This document shows positions 1 through 9,255 of a stretch of DNA of 59,343 bases, piece after piece. Below the pieces are notes generated by a model. It saw only the letters and a program-made list of their open reading frames with translations, searched no databases and was not told where the DNA came from. The first letter of the stretch is position 1. Each line of letters begins with the position of its first letter. Source of the stretch: Bacteroidia bacterium (GTDB lineage Bacteria > Bacteroidota > Bacteroidia > J057 > JADKCL01); NCBI GenBank assembly GCA_041565275.1, contig JBFGVE010000004.1, positions 1 to 59,343 on the forward strand, given 5' to 3'. A program made the translations under genes and the position numbers.

Positions 1-108
1 ACGTATCCCAAGCTCACTGGCCAGGACGGCTATGCTTTCGGTCTCGTAACTCCGGCGAACCGCCCGAATCTTGAACTCCTTGTCGTAAACTTTTCTTTTA
101 ATTGACAT
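1..108 (-). mobile_element. IS3-family transposase OrfA N-terminus (HTH_Tnp_1-like), runs off the window edge
   Basis: Not in the ORF track. The minus strand from ATG at 108 reads MSIKRKVYDKEFKIRAVRRSYETESIAVLASELGIR, matching the RKxYDKEFKxxAV...A.ELGI pattern of IS3 OrfA. Confidence 0.8.
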
Positions 109-140
109 AGGGTAATGATAATAGATCTTTGACTAAACCT

Positions 141-169
141 ACCGTCCACACAAATGTAGCAGCTCCACA
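141..169 (-). mobile_element. Probable left terminal inverted repeat of the IS3-type element
   Basis: The minus strand reads TGTGGAGCTGCTACATTTGTGTGGACGGT. It starts with TG, lies about 35-60 nt upstream of the OrfA ATG and contains TACATTTG, a TAnnTTTG promoter-like box. The partner IR is outside the window. Confidence 0.5.
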
Positions 170-287
170 TGTCGTTGACCAGAGGGATAAGACAGCATTA
201 AATCACTCAACCTGCCAAGTTTATCGCAGTTCTGATTAGGCCACGATGAAATTGTCTGGACATTTGATCCATTATAATCAAAAACCC

Positions 288-319
288 TTGCACATATAAG
301 CTCAAACCACCTATATTTG
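288..319 (+). promoter_or_regulatory. Bacteroidota housekeeping-type promoter upstream of porV
   Basis: TTG at 288-290 and TATATTTG at 312-319 fit the -33/-7 consensus TTG...TAnnTTTG. Confidence 0.55.
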
Positions 320-427
320 TATCCTACGATAGACTCATCAGCTTATAAGATACATTCTACTTTAAAAGTCATTTACATTTAAATTGATCGCGCCCCCTAA
401 TACTTTAGGAGGCATTAAAGCAGAATC

Positions 428-1573
428 GTGATGAAAGTCAAAACAACTATTCAAGTCCTTGCTTGCGCCGCTCTGTTAATTGCGGTTAGTAACTTCAACG
501 GGTTTTCCCAATCCACCACCTCGGGAACAGATATACAAGCTATTACAACTGCGGTTCCGTTCTTAATGATTGCACCTGACTCCCGTGCCGGGGCCATCGG
601 GGAAGCGGGAGTTGCAATGGACAATGGAGCCAATGCCACGCACTGGAATCTTGCCGGACTGGCATTTACCGAAAAAAAGTTTGGCGTCGCGCTCTCCTAC
701 ACACCCTGGTTGCGGGCACTTGTTCCAGATATCAACCTCTCCTACCTTTCCGGATATGCCAATTTGGGTGAGCGAGCTGGGGTAGTTGCAGCGTCTATCC
801 GCTATTTTACACTGGGTAAAATTGAATTTACCGATGACAATGCGATCAAGTATGGGGAGTTCAATGCCAATGAATTTGCAATTGACGCAGGCTATTCCCG
901 CAAAGTTACTGGCAACCTTTCCGCTGGTGTCTCCTTGAGGTTCATTTACAGTAATCTCGCAGCCAATGCCTTGGTTGGTTCATTCGAGACCAGGCCCGGT
1001 GTCTCCGTTGCGGGTGACGCCAGTTTGCTGTACGACAAAGATTTTGAAGCTGGTGGTACCCCCTTTAATTTCCGTTGGGGGATTAACCTGTCCAATATCG
1101 GTGCTAAGATATCTTACACCAATTCCAGCAACCGGGACTTTATTCCGACCAACCTCCGTACTGGTATTGCCTTAACGGGTGCAGTCGATGAGTACAATAA
1201 AGTGACCGTCACTGCGGATGTCAATAAATTGATGGTTCCAAGCGAAGGTGGTCAAAGTGACCAAACCCTGATCAGTGGTATCTTTTCTAGTTTTGGTGAT
1301 GCACCCGGAGGATTCGGTGAAGAACTCCAGGAATTGAGCCTCGCAACTGGATTGGAATACTGGTACAACGATTTGTTTGCTGCTCGTGCAGGGATCTTTC
1401 TGGAACACTTAGAAAAAGGTAACCGCAAGTTTATCACCCTTGGAGCGGGTGTCAAATACAATGTATTCGGGCTGGACTTTGCCTACCTGGCATCTCTGAC
1501 CCAGAACCATCCCCTTCAAAATACCCTTCGTTTTTCACTCTCGTTTGAGTTTGAACCGGAAGGGAATCGCTGA
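428..1573 (+). CDS. porV: Type IX secretion system outer-membrane shuttle PorV
   Basis: Signal peptide, the ITTAVPFLMIAPDSRAGAIGEAG signature, SYTPWLRALV, GNRKFITLGAG and a C-terminal HPLQNTLRFSL. Confidence 0.95.
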   Translation: MMKVKTTIQVLACAALLIAVSNFNGFSQSTTSGTDIQAITTAVPFLMIAPDSRAGAIGEAGVAMDNGANATHWNLAGLAFTEKKFGVALSYTPWLRALVPDINLSYLSGYANLGERAGVVAASIRYFTLGKIEFTDDNAIKYGEFNANEFAIDAGYSRKVTGNLSAGVSLRFIYSNLAANALVGSFETRPGVSVAGDASLLYDKDFEAGGTPFNFRWGINLSNIGAKISYTNSSNRDFIPTNLRTGIALTGAVDEYNKVTVTADVNKLMVPSEGGQSDQTLISGIFSSFGDAPGGFGEELQELSLATGLEYWYNDLFAARAGIFLEHLEKGNRKFITLGAGVKYNVFGLDFAYLASLTQNHPLQNTLRFSLSFEFEPEGNR

Positions 1574-1609
1574 GAAACTGGTTCCGCACACCTTACTACA
1601 TCTTACACC

Positions 1610-2725
1610 TTACCCACCACCCTGGTTGTTGAGCAACCAGACCAAAGCACCTATCACACCAGTTGCAATCAATATGGCAATGATCACCTTGCCCCATGAG
1701 ACCGGTTTCTTCCCGGAAACCTTCCCGGTCTGCCCATTGACAATGAACCTGTAGATCTTTCCTTTGAACTGGTACGCTGCGATCCAAACCGGTAACAGCA
1801 AATGCTTGAATGTCACCTTGCTCTTGCGGGTATTGATCCTAAGATTTCGCTGAGTATCTCCCGGGACCATCCTGCTACACTGTTTGCGGATCTCATTGTC
1901 CATGATATGGTCAGCTATTTTGTAACCTTCATAGACATCCTTTTGGTAGACTTCGCTTTCATGGCCCAGGATAAAGCGGCTGTCGTAATTGACTACATCT
2001 TTCAACTCATAGGGAGAGATCTTTTCAACTTCCTTTTGCTTGAGACCATGCGACCCTCCCACCAGCACATCATTGAAATAGTGCTCGTAGTAACCACTTA
2101 CCGGGACCCAGCGGGTTTTTTGCACCTGCCTGGTCTGGACATTTCCATCCCTGTCCCTGAAAGTTTGACTTTCGTAGTAGTAGTACCCTGCATCGGCATG
2201 CCAACTGGAAGCTGTATTGGCGTCGTAGGTCCAAAATGGCAGATAGACACTGTTGATGCCATCCATCCGGGCTAATTTGCCCAGTTTGGAGGGGCGAAAC
2301 AACCTCCCCTTGCCAATCCAGGCCTTGAACATGTTGACTGCTTTGTTCTTGGTGATCTTGAAAGGCAGCACTCCGGATGGCCGGATCATTCTCCGGTCAA
2401 AAGCACTTTCATTGACATTCTTAGAACTGCAGAACGGACAGGTAAAGCTGACCACATCAGGGTCGACTACAGTATTGGATCCACAGTTATTGCAATGGAA
2501 GAGTTTGGTTTCGACATCAAGGCCGGTAGGTTGATGGCTCAGGGAAAAAGTTTCGGAAAACGAACGTTCTATAATGCGGTCCGAGGACCTGGGGAGTTCC
2601 CTGCGGTTGCCGCAGTGAGTACAGTGAAGACCCTGTGTGCCAGGGTCAAAAGTCATTTCAGAACCACAGGCATTGCAGGGAACACTTATAAATTGCTCTT
2701 TGGATCCGGGAAGTTGATCGTTCAT
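1610..2725 (-). CDS. Double Zn-ribbon protein with C-terminal membrane anchor (conserved hypothetical)
   Basis: Four CxxC pairs (CNAC, CTHC, CNNC, CPFC), YLPFWTYD and LLPVW...VNGQTGKVSG motifs, and a C-terminal TM helix. Confidence 0.8.
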   Translation of the reverse strand: MNDQLPGSKEQFISVPCNACGSEMTFDPGTQGLHCTHCGNRRELPRSSDRIIERSFSETFSLSHQPTGLDVETKLFHCNNCGSNTVVDPDVVSFTCPFCSSKNVNESAFDRRMIRPSGVLPFKITKNKAVNMFKAWIGKGRLFRPSKLGKLARMDGINSVYLPFWTYDANTASSWHADAGYYYYESQTFRDRDGNVQTRQVQKTRWVPVSGYYEHYFNDVLVGGSHGLKQKEVEKISPYELKDVVNYDSRFILGHESEVYQKDVYEGYKIADHIMDNEIRKQCSRMVPGDTQRNLRINTRKSKVTFKHLLLPVWIAAYQFKGKIYRFIVNGQTGKVSGKKPVSWGKVIIAILIATGVIGALVWLLNNQGGG

Positions 2726-2733
2726 TGCGGGGA

Positions 2734-4548
2734 TCAGAATTGATTCAGGAGCCCTAAATGTATTCTGCCACGGGAAGGCTGGAAGGGAAATTCTGCCACT
2801 TGCCCTACAGCATAGGTAACGGAAACCATACCTGCTCTCGTCTCATAGGTCAGACCCAAACCAATCCCCCAGGGGCGAAGAACTTCATTCTTTCCGGCTC
2901 GGCTCTCAAGATAGGCATAATCTGAAAAAACAAAAAGATAGGAGTTTTGCTCCAGGAGAAAGCGGCTCTCAACTGTGAACTGGGAGTAGAAATGGGTGAA
3001 GAACTGATTTTCGTCAAATCCTCTAATGGTGCGGCTTCCCCCTACCTGTAAGAGGTCATTGTCGAAATATTGTTCCTGATCCAGCCAGTAAGTCCTGTTT
3101 CCCACCCGGAGTACCAACCTTTTGGCGAGGCTCCGGTACCAGTCTATGGAGAATTCAAACTCCCGTTTGGGAAGCCTCAAGATCAAGCCTTCGTAGATCC
3201 TGTCATCAAGGGTAGGGTTGTTGATCACCCTTTTACGGCCGATCCCAAAGTCGGCGAGAACGTCCCAACCTCTTCTGGGATTGAAACGATAATCCAGGTT
3301 GTTAAAGGTAAATCCAATCCCATAAGTTTGGTCCTTGGCGTCCAAAATAGGGGGAGGGCTCAGGGTGTCGTAATGCTTGGTGGAGATCAGGCTGGATGTT
3401 TTACTTTTCAGATAGACTTTGACCGCAAGTTGCGGAGAAAAGGCATAGGCAGAGGACAGGCGAAAATAACGGGTCAGGAAGGAGGTGTCTTGCTTAAGCA
3501 GGTCGACTTCTACCCTGACATTCATGGGGCTGCTGAACAGGTAGGGCTGGGTATATTTCACGTGAAGCTTTTGGGAACTGCCGACCAGTTTGTCGTACCG
3601 GAATTCTAAGACCTCTCCGGCGCGGAACAAGGGACTGACCAATTGGAAGTCGGCGAGGGCAGTGAATTCAATTTTTCTTGATTCATCCCTGGGAGGAAGG
3701 ATCCCAAATAGAAAATCAAACTTGCCTGATTGGCGCGGCTCAACTGTGATCTTCAGGTTGGCTGTTTCTTCATCGATAAATTCAACTTCAATGGGATCTA
3801 CATTCTTGAAATATATGGAATTGTTGAGAATGCGCGGGGCGGATTCCACCGCCGTCTGGTCAAAGACCATGCCCGAATAAAGCCCGGTGATTCCCCTCAC
3901 AAAACTTTCCTTTTCCCGGATATCTCCTTCTACATGAACACTGTCAATGAGAGTCAGTTTTCCGGCATTGAACCTGTAGCGGATGTGGCTGTGGATGGTA
4001 TCATTTCGTTCCAGGTAGCTGACTTGCAAGCTGTCAAAACGGGCGAATGGGTACCCATGGTCCTGGAAGGCCCTTAAGTTACCCTCCATTCGTAGCTTAA
4101 TATCTTCCAAGGAAAGTAGAGGGCGCTTTTGGTTCAGTTTTGCGTACCCGCCTTTTTGAAATTCAGATTCACCCAGACCATTGATTACAAGGGAGTCCAA
4201 CCGGTAGACGGCTCCTCGGTGGAAATCAATAAAAAGGGTCTTTTCTTTGACTTCAAATCCCTTGAGGGCCGCTTCCAGGTAACCATTGGCAGCGAGTACA
4301 ACTTCGGCTTCGCGGCCGATTTCAACCACATGGGTACTGTCCCGGGCCTTGAGAAAAGCTTTCTCTATTGTTCGCTTTAAGCGTCTTGGTATCTGCAAAT
4401 TGGAATTCACTTGTTTGAGTCTGTAGATGGGTTTAGCTCGGAGCCTCTCCTTATCAGTAGTGTCTCGCTCGGAAATTGGAGTACTGGTGCCGTCCGCTGT
4501 GGGAATTGGTTCGGCCAGGCTATCCGATTGGGTGCCATTTTGGCCCAA
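2734..4548 (-). CDS. BamA/TamA (Omp85) family outer-membrane protein with POTRA-like repeats
   Basis: GYPFA POTRA motif, GGSRTIRGFDE lid-loop motif and terminal Phe. The true start is probably upstream (see findings). Confidence 0.85.
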   Translation of the reverse strand: MGQNGTQSDSLAEPIPTADGTSTPISERDTTDKERLRAKPIYRLKQVNSNLQIPRRLKRTIEKAFLKARDSTHVVEIGREAEVVLAANGYLEAALKGFEVKEKTLFIDFHRGAVYRLDSLVINGLGESEFQKGGYAKLNQKRPLLSLEDIKLRMEGNLRAFQDHGYPFARFDSLQVSYLERNDTIHSHIRYRFNAGKLTLIDSVHVEGDIREKESFVRGITGLYSGMVFDQTAVESAPRILNNSIYFKNVDPIEVEFIDEETANLKITVEPRQSGKFDFLFGILPPRDESRKIEFTALADFQLVSPLFRAGEVLEFRYDKLVGSSQKLHVKYTQPYLFSSPMNVRVEVDLLKQDTSFLTRYFRLSSAYAFSPQLAVKVYLKSKTSSLISTKHYDTLSPPPILDAKDQTYGIGFTFNNLDYRFNPRRGWDVLADFGIGRKRVINNPTLDDRIYEGLILRLPKREFEFSIDWYRSLAKRLVLRVGNRTYWLDQEQYFDNDLLQVGGSRTIRGFDENQFFTHFYSQFTVESRFLLEQNSYLFVFSDYAYLESRAGKNEVLRPWGIGLGLTYETRAGMVSVTYAVGQVAEFPFQPSRGRIHLGLLNQF

Positions 4549-4827
4549 TAAAATAGAACAGGACAGCAGGGCAGCAACGATGGTATATAGGACAGGTGCG
4601 ATCTCTGAAAATTACCAAAGAATCACCACTTCCTGTGTACCATTTGAAGTCTCCATCCGTGTGCCACGTGAAGTCTCCATCTGCGTGCCGTTTAGAGTCG
4701 CCGCTTTCAGGGAATTATCGATGGAACCTTCCCTCGGCATTCTATTAGATATTCAGGAAAAAGGGCCGGGAACCATTGTATTCCTCAACCATCTCTTAAC
4801 TGCCCCCATTTTAATTGCCTTCATCTC

Positions 4828-6249
4828 TTAACTGCCCCCATCTCTCAACTGTCCCAGGAGGTGTTGAAAAGCTGGATCACCTTCCATTCTCAAGAAGTCA
4901 GGATCGTTTGCCATCCTTGTCCTGTCATCGAATCCCAGGCCGACAGCATTCTGAAGCGCAGAGATCGCCTCACCTTGTCGGCCTTGGCGCATCCTCAATT
5001 TTGCTTTGAAGTAAGCGTGCTCACTGTTTTGAGGATCAACCAGTTCATAGATTTCAATGTACTTCTCAGCACTCGCCAGGTCATTCATACCCAGAGAACG
5101 GTTGGAATAGGAATAGGCCAACAGGCTAATGAATCCGAGAATTCGACGATGCATCCAGCCTTCGCCTGTTTCCGGTTTTCCAGCCTCGATCAGGCGGGAA
5201 ACTTCTGTCTGCCAATACCCTGGCCCCATGGTGTAAATATCATGCTGATATTTCTCCCGTAATGCTATCTCCTTTGCCTCAAGGCTCATCGTTCTGGCTT
5301 GTTCATCCCTAGAGGCTTTTTCCTCGGCGAGTCGCCTGATCTCTGCTTTCAATCCCTCCACATTATCCAATTCCACTAAATAGGAATACATCAATTTGTT
5401 CAATTCATAGCAATCCGCCCCTTCGCACTTGTCGATTTCTTCTACCAATTCAGTGCGTAAAGCTTCGATCCGAACCGGATCCTTTGGTATAATGCCACTG
5501 GCCATCGCTCTGAATTCCATCCATTCCCATGCTTTGGCAATGACAGTTTCTTCCGGCCATGTGTGCCCTCCATTCCAGGTTTGGATCCGGTAAGGAAGCG
5601 CTGAAGTTTCCAACATCCGGTCCAGGCTCCTCAATTCAAGAAAGTTAAAATCCTCTACCCCAACGATCCCATAGTAGGAAAAATTTTGTCTTTGAATATC
5701 GGGTTGGTATCCAGCGGCACAACCGATAACACCTGTGATATCACTTCGGTTCTGTGCAGCCAGGGCCGCCACCCTGGCCCCACCCGAAAAACCAGTCAGG
5801 TAGATCCGCTTTGGATCAATGCTCAAACGTGCTTTCAGATCGTCAATCGTGGTACTTGCGATCCGGAGACTTTGCTGAGGGCCCTGACCATTCCTAGAAT
5901 CATTGGACACGGCCAGGATAAAACCTTTTTCCTCAGCAAGAGATTGATACAACCCAACTACCCTATCGCCACGTGCATGTGAATCAAATCCCAATAGCAA
6001 GGGCAAGGGGTCTTTCCCATCATAGGCCGAGGGCAAGTAGAGGGTTATTTGCAAAGTGGGATCATTGCGCAGGGTAAAATCCGAATAGACCCTAGCGGAG
6101 GGGTTCGCTTCTTTCGAAGAAGGCACCGTAAGACTACCTTCTCCATCAGAACAAGATTGGAAAAGGAAGATCAAAATAAAGACCCGTACCCAATGGGTTG
6201 CCGAGTGAAAGTCATACCGGGTGAGATCATATAAGATTGCGGAGGCCAT
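4828..6249 (-). CDS. Alpha/beta-hydrolase (esterase-like) lipoprotein with C-terminal TPR-like region
   Basis: Lipobox FQSC, IDPKRIYLTGFSGG nucleophile elbow, GGHTWP catalytic His and a helical C-terminus (ALQNAVGLGF...NDPDF). Confidence 0.8.
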   Translation of the reverse strand: MASAILYDLTRYDFHSATHWVRVFILIFLFQSCSDGEGSLTVPSSKEANPSARVYSDFTLRNDPTLQITLYLPSAYDGKDPLPLLLGFDSHARGDRVVGLYQSLAEEKGFILAVSNDSRNGQGPQQSLRIASTTIDDLKARLSIDPKRIYLTGFSGGARVAALAAQNRSDITGVIGCAAGYQPDIQRQNFSYYGIVGVEDFNFLELRSLDRMLETSALPYRIQTWNGGHTWPEETVIAKAWEWMEFRAMASGIIPKDPVRIEALRTELVEEIDKCEGADCYELNKLMYSYLVELDNVEGLKAEIRRLAEEKASRDEQARTMSLEAKEIALREKYQHDIYTMGPGYWQTEVSRLIEAGKPETGEGWMHRRILGFISLLAYSYSNRSLGMNDLASAEKYIEIYELVDPQNSEHAYFKAKLRMRQGRQGEAISALQNAVGLGFDDRTRMANDPDFLRMEGDPAFQHLLGQLRDGGS

Positions 6250-6392
6250 GTACCATGGGTTTATCAGTTTTGATTTGCAAAGGTGAGTTATTTGGGGGCA
6301 CGATTTCTAAGATAAGGAATGATATAAAAACATTCCTGCCTAATTACAGATCGGAGAAGCGGAAGAAAAGTTTTTCTATTTTAGGGGCAGTT

Positions 6393-6755
6393 ATGTACAT
6401 CTCCCGCAGGGCATCATATATCCTATTGTTCTTGGGTCTCATTTTCGGGATTACAGCCTGTTTCCTCCCTTGGTCCGGCAATGAAGTTGCGACTCTCGGT
6501 GCCTTCAATGGTACTATGGGTAATCCCGGGATATGGGTGCTTATATTGATGGGTCTGAGAAGTGGTTTACACATTCTTGATCACGTGCTTGCCAGACGGG
6601 CTGCCATTCTGGTATCGGTCCTATTCCTTTTCCTGGTGCTCAACCACCTAAAAACAGCTTTCCGCCTTGAAATGGCTTCACCACTGACAGGTTTATTCCT
6701 CTTGCTGATGTCAGCTGGAATATTTACAGTCCTGGGGTTTCTTAAAACCAGGTGA
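6393..6755 (+). CDS. Small hypothetical membrane protein (about 4 TM)
   Basis: Hydrophobic helices and a FLPW motif. ATG at 6393 is preferred over the 6237 start, which overlaps the divergent gene. Confidence 0.65.
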   Translation: MYISRRASYILLFLGLIFGITACFLPWSGNEVATLGAFNGTMGNPGIWVLILMGLRSGLHILDHVLARRAAILVSVLFLFLVLNHLKTAFRLEMASPLTGLFLLLMSAGIFTVLGFLKTR

Positions 6756-6992
6756 TACTTCAACCGAGATCAGTACCGATGCCATTGGTGTCTTCAACAA
6801 ATTGGTTTCGGAAAGCGCAGACTACCGATGACTTAGTTATATTTTACTGATATTTGCCGGGATGGTTCTGGCAAAGACAAGGATAAGCATTCTGGTCAGA
6901 AAAAGGACTCTGTTTGTGGACAAGTTTCCCGATATTAGGAGAATAGCTCTGTATAATTCAGTAGGGGAATCTCAAGATGATTAGGAGATTAA

Positions 6993-8414
6993 ATGGAACA
7001 ATATGAACCACCATATGGTTGGGAGGACCAGGGAGACAACCGGGTTCTCGAGGAAGTACGCCGTTTCGAAGAAATGTTGCAGCTAGGAGAATATTCCTAC
7101 ATTGATCTGATGACTTTGGATGAGATATATTTCTATTACTTCCAAAACCAAATGTATCCTCAGGCGATGGAATTGGTCAATTTCGGTATTGAACAGTATC
7201 CTAAGACCGAAGAATTGTATTTCAAGCGAGCGGCTGTCCTCATGGAAACCGGGCGCCTTCCTGAGGCCAAGCTTGATCTGGATCGAGCGCTTGAGGTAAA
7301 CCCCAAGCAAATGGAATACATTTTCTTAAAGGCTGAAATTTTAAGCCGGGACGGAGACTACGATGAGGCGATGTCTCTCCTGCGCAGTACTGAGATTGAT
7401 TCTGAATTCCAGGAAGACCTGTTGTTGCAAATGGGTTCTATAGCCATGGGAGCGGGGAGATTGGGCGAAGCTGAAAAATATTTTCGGTCTATTTTGCAAG
7501 TGCGTCCTGACAATGAAGAAGCCATTCATGAGCTCGCCTTTTTGTTGGAATCCAGGAACCTCGTCAGCGATGCCATACAACTGTACCACAAGTTCCTAGA
7601 CAAGAATCCTTTTTCTGCACCTGTCTGGTACAATCTGGGTATTCTGTATGACAAACTGGGCCTTTATGAAAAGGCGATAGATGCCTACGATTTTTCTTTG
7701 GCGATTGATGATGCATTTGCCCCTGCCTGGTACAACAAAGGCAATACCTTCCTTGAACTGGAAAAATTCAACGAAGCCCTGAAGTGCTTTTTTGAAGCTT
7801 CCGTCCTTGAAAAGCCAGACCTTGCCCTCAACTATAGCATTGCCGAATGTTACGAGCACTTAGGTGATCTTAGGATGGCCAGCAAGTATTACCACAAATG
7901 CACCGGCAGCGATCCTGAATATGTTGACGCCTGGATGGGGCTAGCATTTTGTATGGAGTCCCAGTCTCGCCACATGGAGGCAATCCACTACTATGAGAAG
8001 GCTCTGATCTACGATCCCGATAATTTTGAAGCCTGGTCAGCCAAAGCTGCATGTGAATACCGGATGGGAAATGCTGCTTCAGCATATGAAGGCCTGGAGC
8101 GGGCGCTGAAGATCAACAGCAATGACTCGAAAATGTGGCAAGAATGGGGAGAACTCCTCTATGTCGGGGAAAATCCAGAAGGAGCAATCAGCTTTCTCCT
8201 GGAAGGTATCCGGGTCAATCCCCGAATGGCCGAACTGTATTACCAGGTAGCGGCTTATTCCTTTAAGTCCGGACATTATGAAAATGGGTTTACTTATCTG
8301 GAAAATGGACTTCTTGTTGATGCGAAAAAGCATTATGTATTATTTAATATCTTTGCCGATCTAAAAGAGGATCCCGGTGTCAGAGACCTCATCCATCAAC
8401 ATACGAATGCATGA
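6993..8414 (+). CDS. Tetratricopeptide repeat protein
   Basis: Many TPR motifs (WYNLGILY, AWYNKGNTF, AWMGLA). Overlaps the start of comA by ATGA. Confidence 0.9.
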   Translation: MEQYEPPYGWEDQGDNRVLEEVRRFEEMLQLGEYSYIDLMTLDEIYFYYFQNQMYPQAMELVNFGIEQYPKTEELYFKRAAVLMETGRLPEAKLDLDRALEVNPKQMEYIFLKAEILSRDGDYDEAMSLLRSTEIDSEFQEDLLLQMGSIAMGAGRLGEAEKYFRSILQVRPDNEEAIHELAFLLESRNLVSDAIQLYHKFLDKNPFSAPVWYNLGILYDKLGLYEKAIDAYDFSLAIDDAFAPAWYNKGNTFLELEKFNEALKCFFEASVLEKPDLALNYSIAECYEHLGDLRMASKYYHKCTGSDPEYVDAWMGLAFCMESQSRHMEAIHYYEKALIYDPDNFEAWSAKAACEYRMGNAASAYEGLERALKINSNDSKMWQEWGELLYVGENPEGAISFLLEGIRVNPRMAELYYQVAAYSFKSGHYENGFTYLENGLLVDAKKHYVLFNIFADLKEDPGVRDLIHQHTNA

Positions 8415-9178
8415 AGCCCAAACTGAAGCACTTACCCTCACGTAGTGTAAAACCACGCGAAAATGGTGTCACTATGGTCATGGATAAAGGGCTGAGCACC
8501 CGTCAGGCGGAAGATTTTGCAGATGTAGCAGGTGAGCTGGTTGATGTTGTCAAGCTAGGGTTTGGCACCAGTTATGTTACTCCAAGACTTGACAATAAAC
8601 TTGCTGTCTACCGGGAGGCGAAGATTCCCTATTATTTTGGCGGTACCCTCCTCGAAGCTTTTATTATCAGGGACCAGGTAGATGAATATTGCCGGATGGC
8701 TGAACATTACCAGGTCACATTTGTAGAGGTTTCAGACGGGTGCATTGACATATCACGAGACCAAAAATGCAAGCTGATCCGCGACTTGTCCAAGAATTTC
8801 AGTGTACTCTCTGAAGTTGGAAGCAAGGACAGTTCCGTAGTGATCCCTCCTTACAAGTGGGCGGAATGGATGAATGAAGAATTGGAGGCTGGATCCTGGA
8901 AGGTGATCGCTGAAGCGCGGGAAAGTGGTACCGTAGGTGTTTTTCAAAGCTCCGGGGAAGCCCGCACAGGACTCGTTGACGAGATCGCTCACTACGTTCC
9001 CAACGAAAGGATCCTATGGGAAGCACCCCAAAAATCCCAGCAAGTCTGGTTTATCAAATTGTTCGGTTCCGCGGTCAATCTGGGGAATATAGCTCCCCAT
9101 GAGGTCATTCCACTTGAGGCATTGCGGATGGGCCTTCGTGGCGATACCTTCTTCCAATGGCTTCCAGATCAGAATTAG
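8411..9178 (+). CDS. comA: Phosphosulfolactate synthase (ComA family)
   Basis: KPRENGVTMVMDKGL, KLGFGTS, EVSDG, SEVGSK, EARESG, WEAP and VNLGNI...LEALRMGLRGDT motifs. Confidence 0.93.
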   Translation: MKPKLKHLPSRSVKPRENGVTMVMDKGLSTRQAEDFADVAGELVDVVKLGFGTSYVTPRLDNKLAVYREAKIPYYFGGTLLEAFIIRDQVDEYCRMAEHYQVTFVEVSDGCIDISRDQKCKLIRDLSKNFSVLSEVGSKDSSVVIPPYKWAEWMNEELEAGSWKVIAEARESGTVGVFQSSGEARTGLVDEIAHYVPNERILWEAPQKSQQVWFIKLFGSAVNLGNIAPHEVIPLEALRMGLRGDTFFQWLPDQN

Positions 9179-9255
9179 ACTTTCTTTAACAGTGGGATTG
9201 CATGCCAATCAATATTGCATGCCAACCTATCCTAAACCTATCCTTCTATATTAGG

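Noticed and set aside
9198-9250. ATTGCATGCCAA x2 and CCTATCCT x2 between comA and tolC
   Set aside because: Very short duplications between convergent genes, with no clear function.
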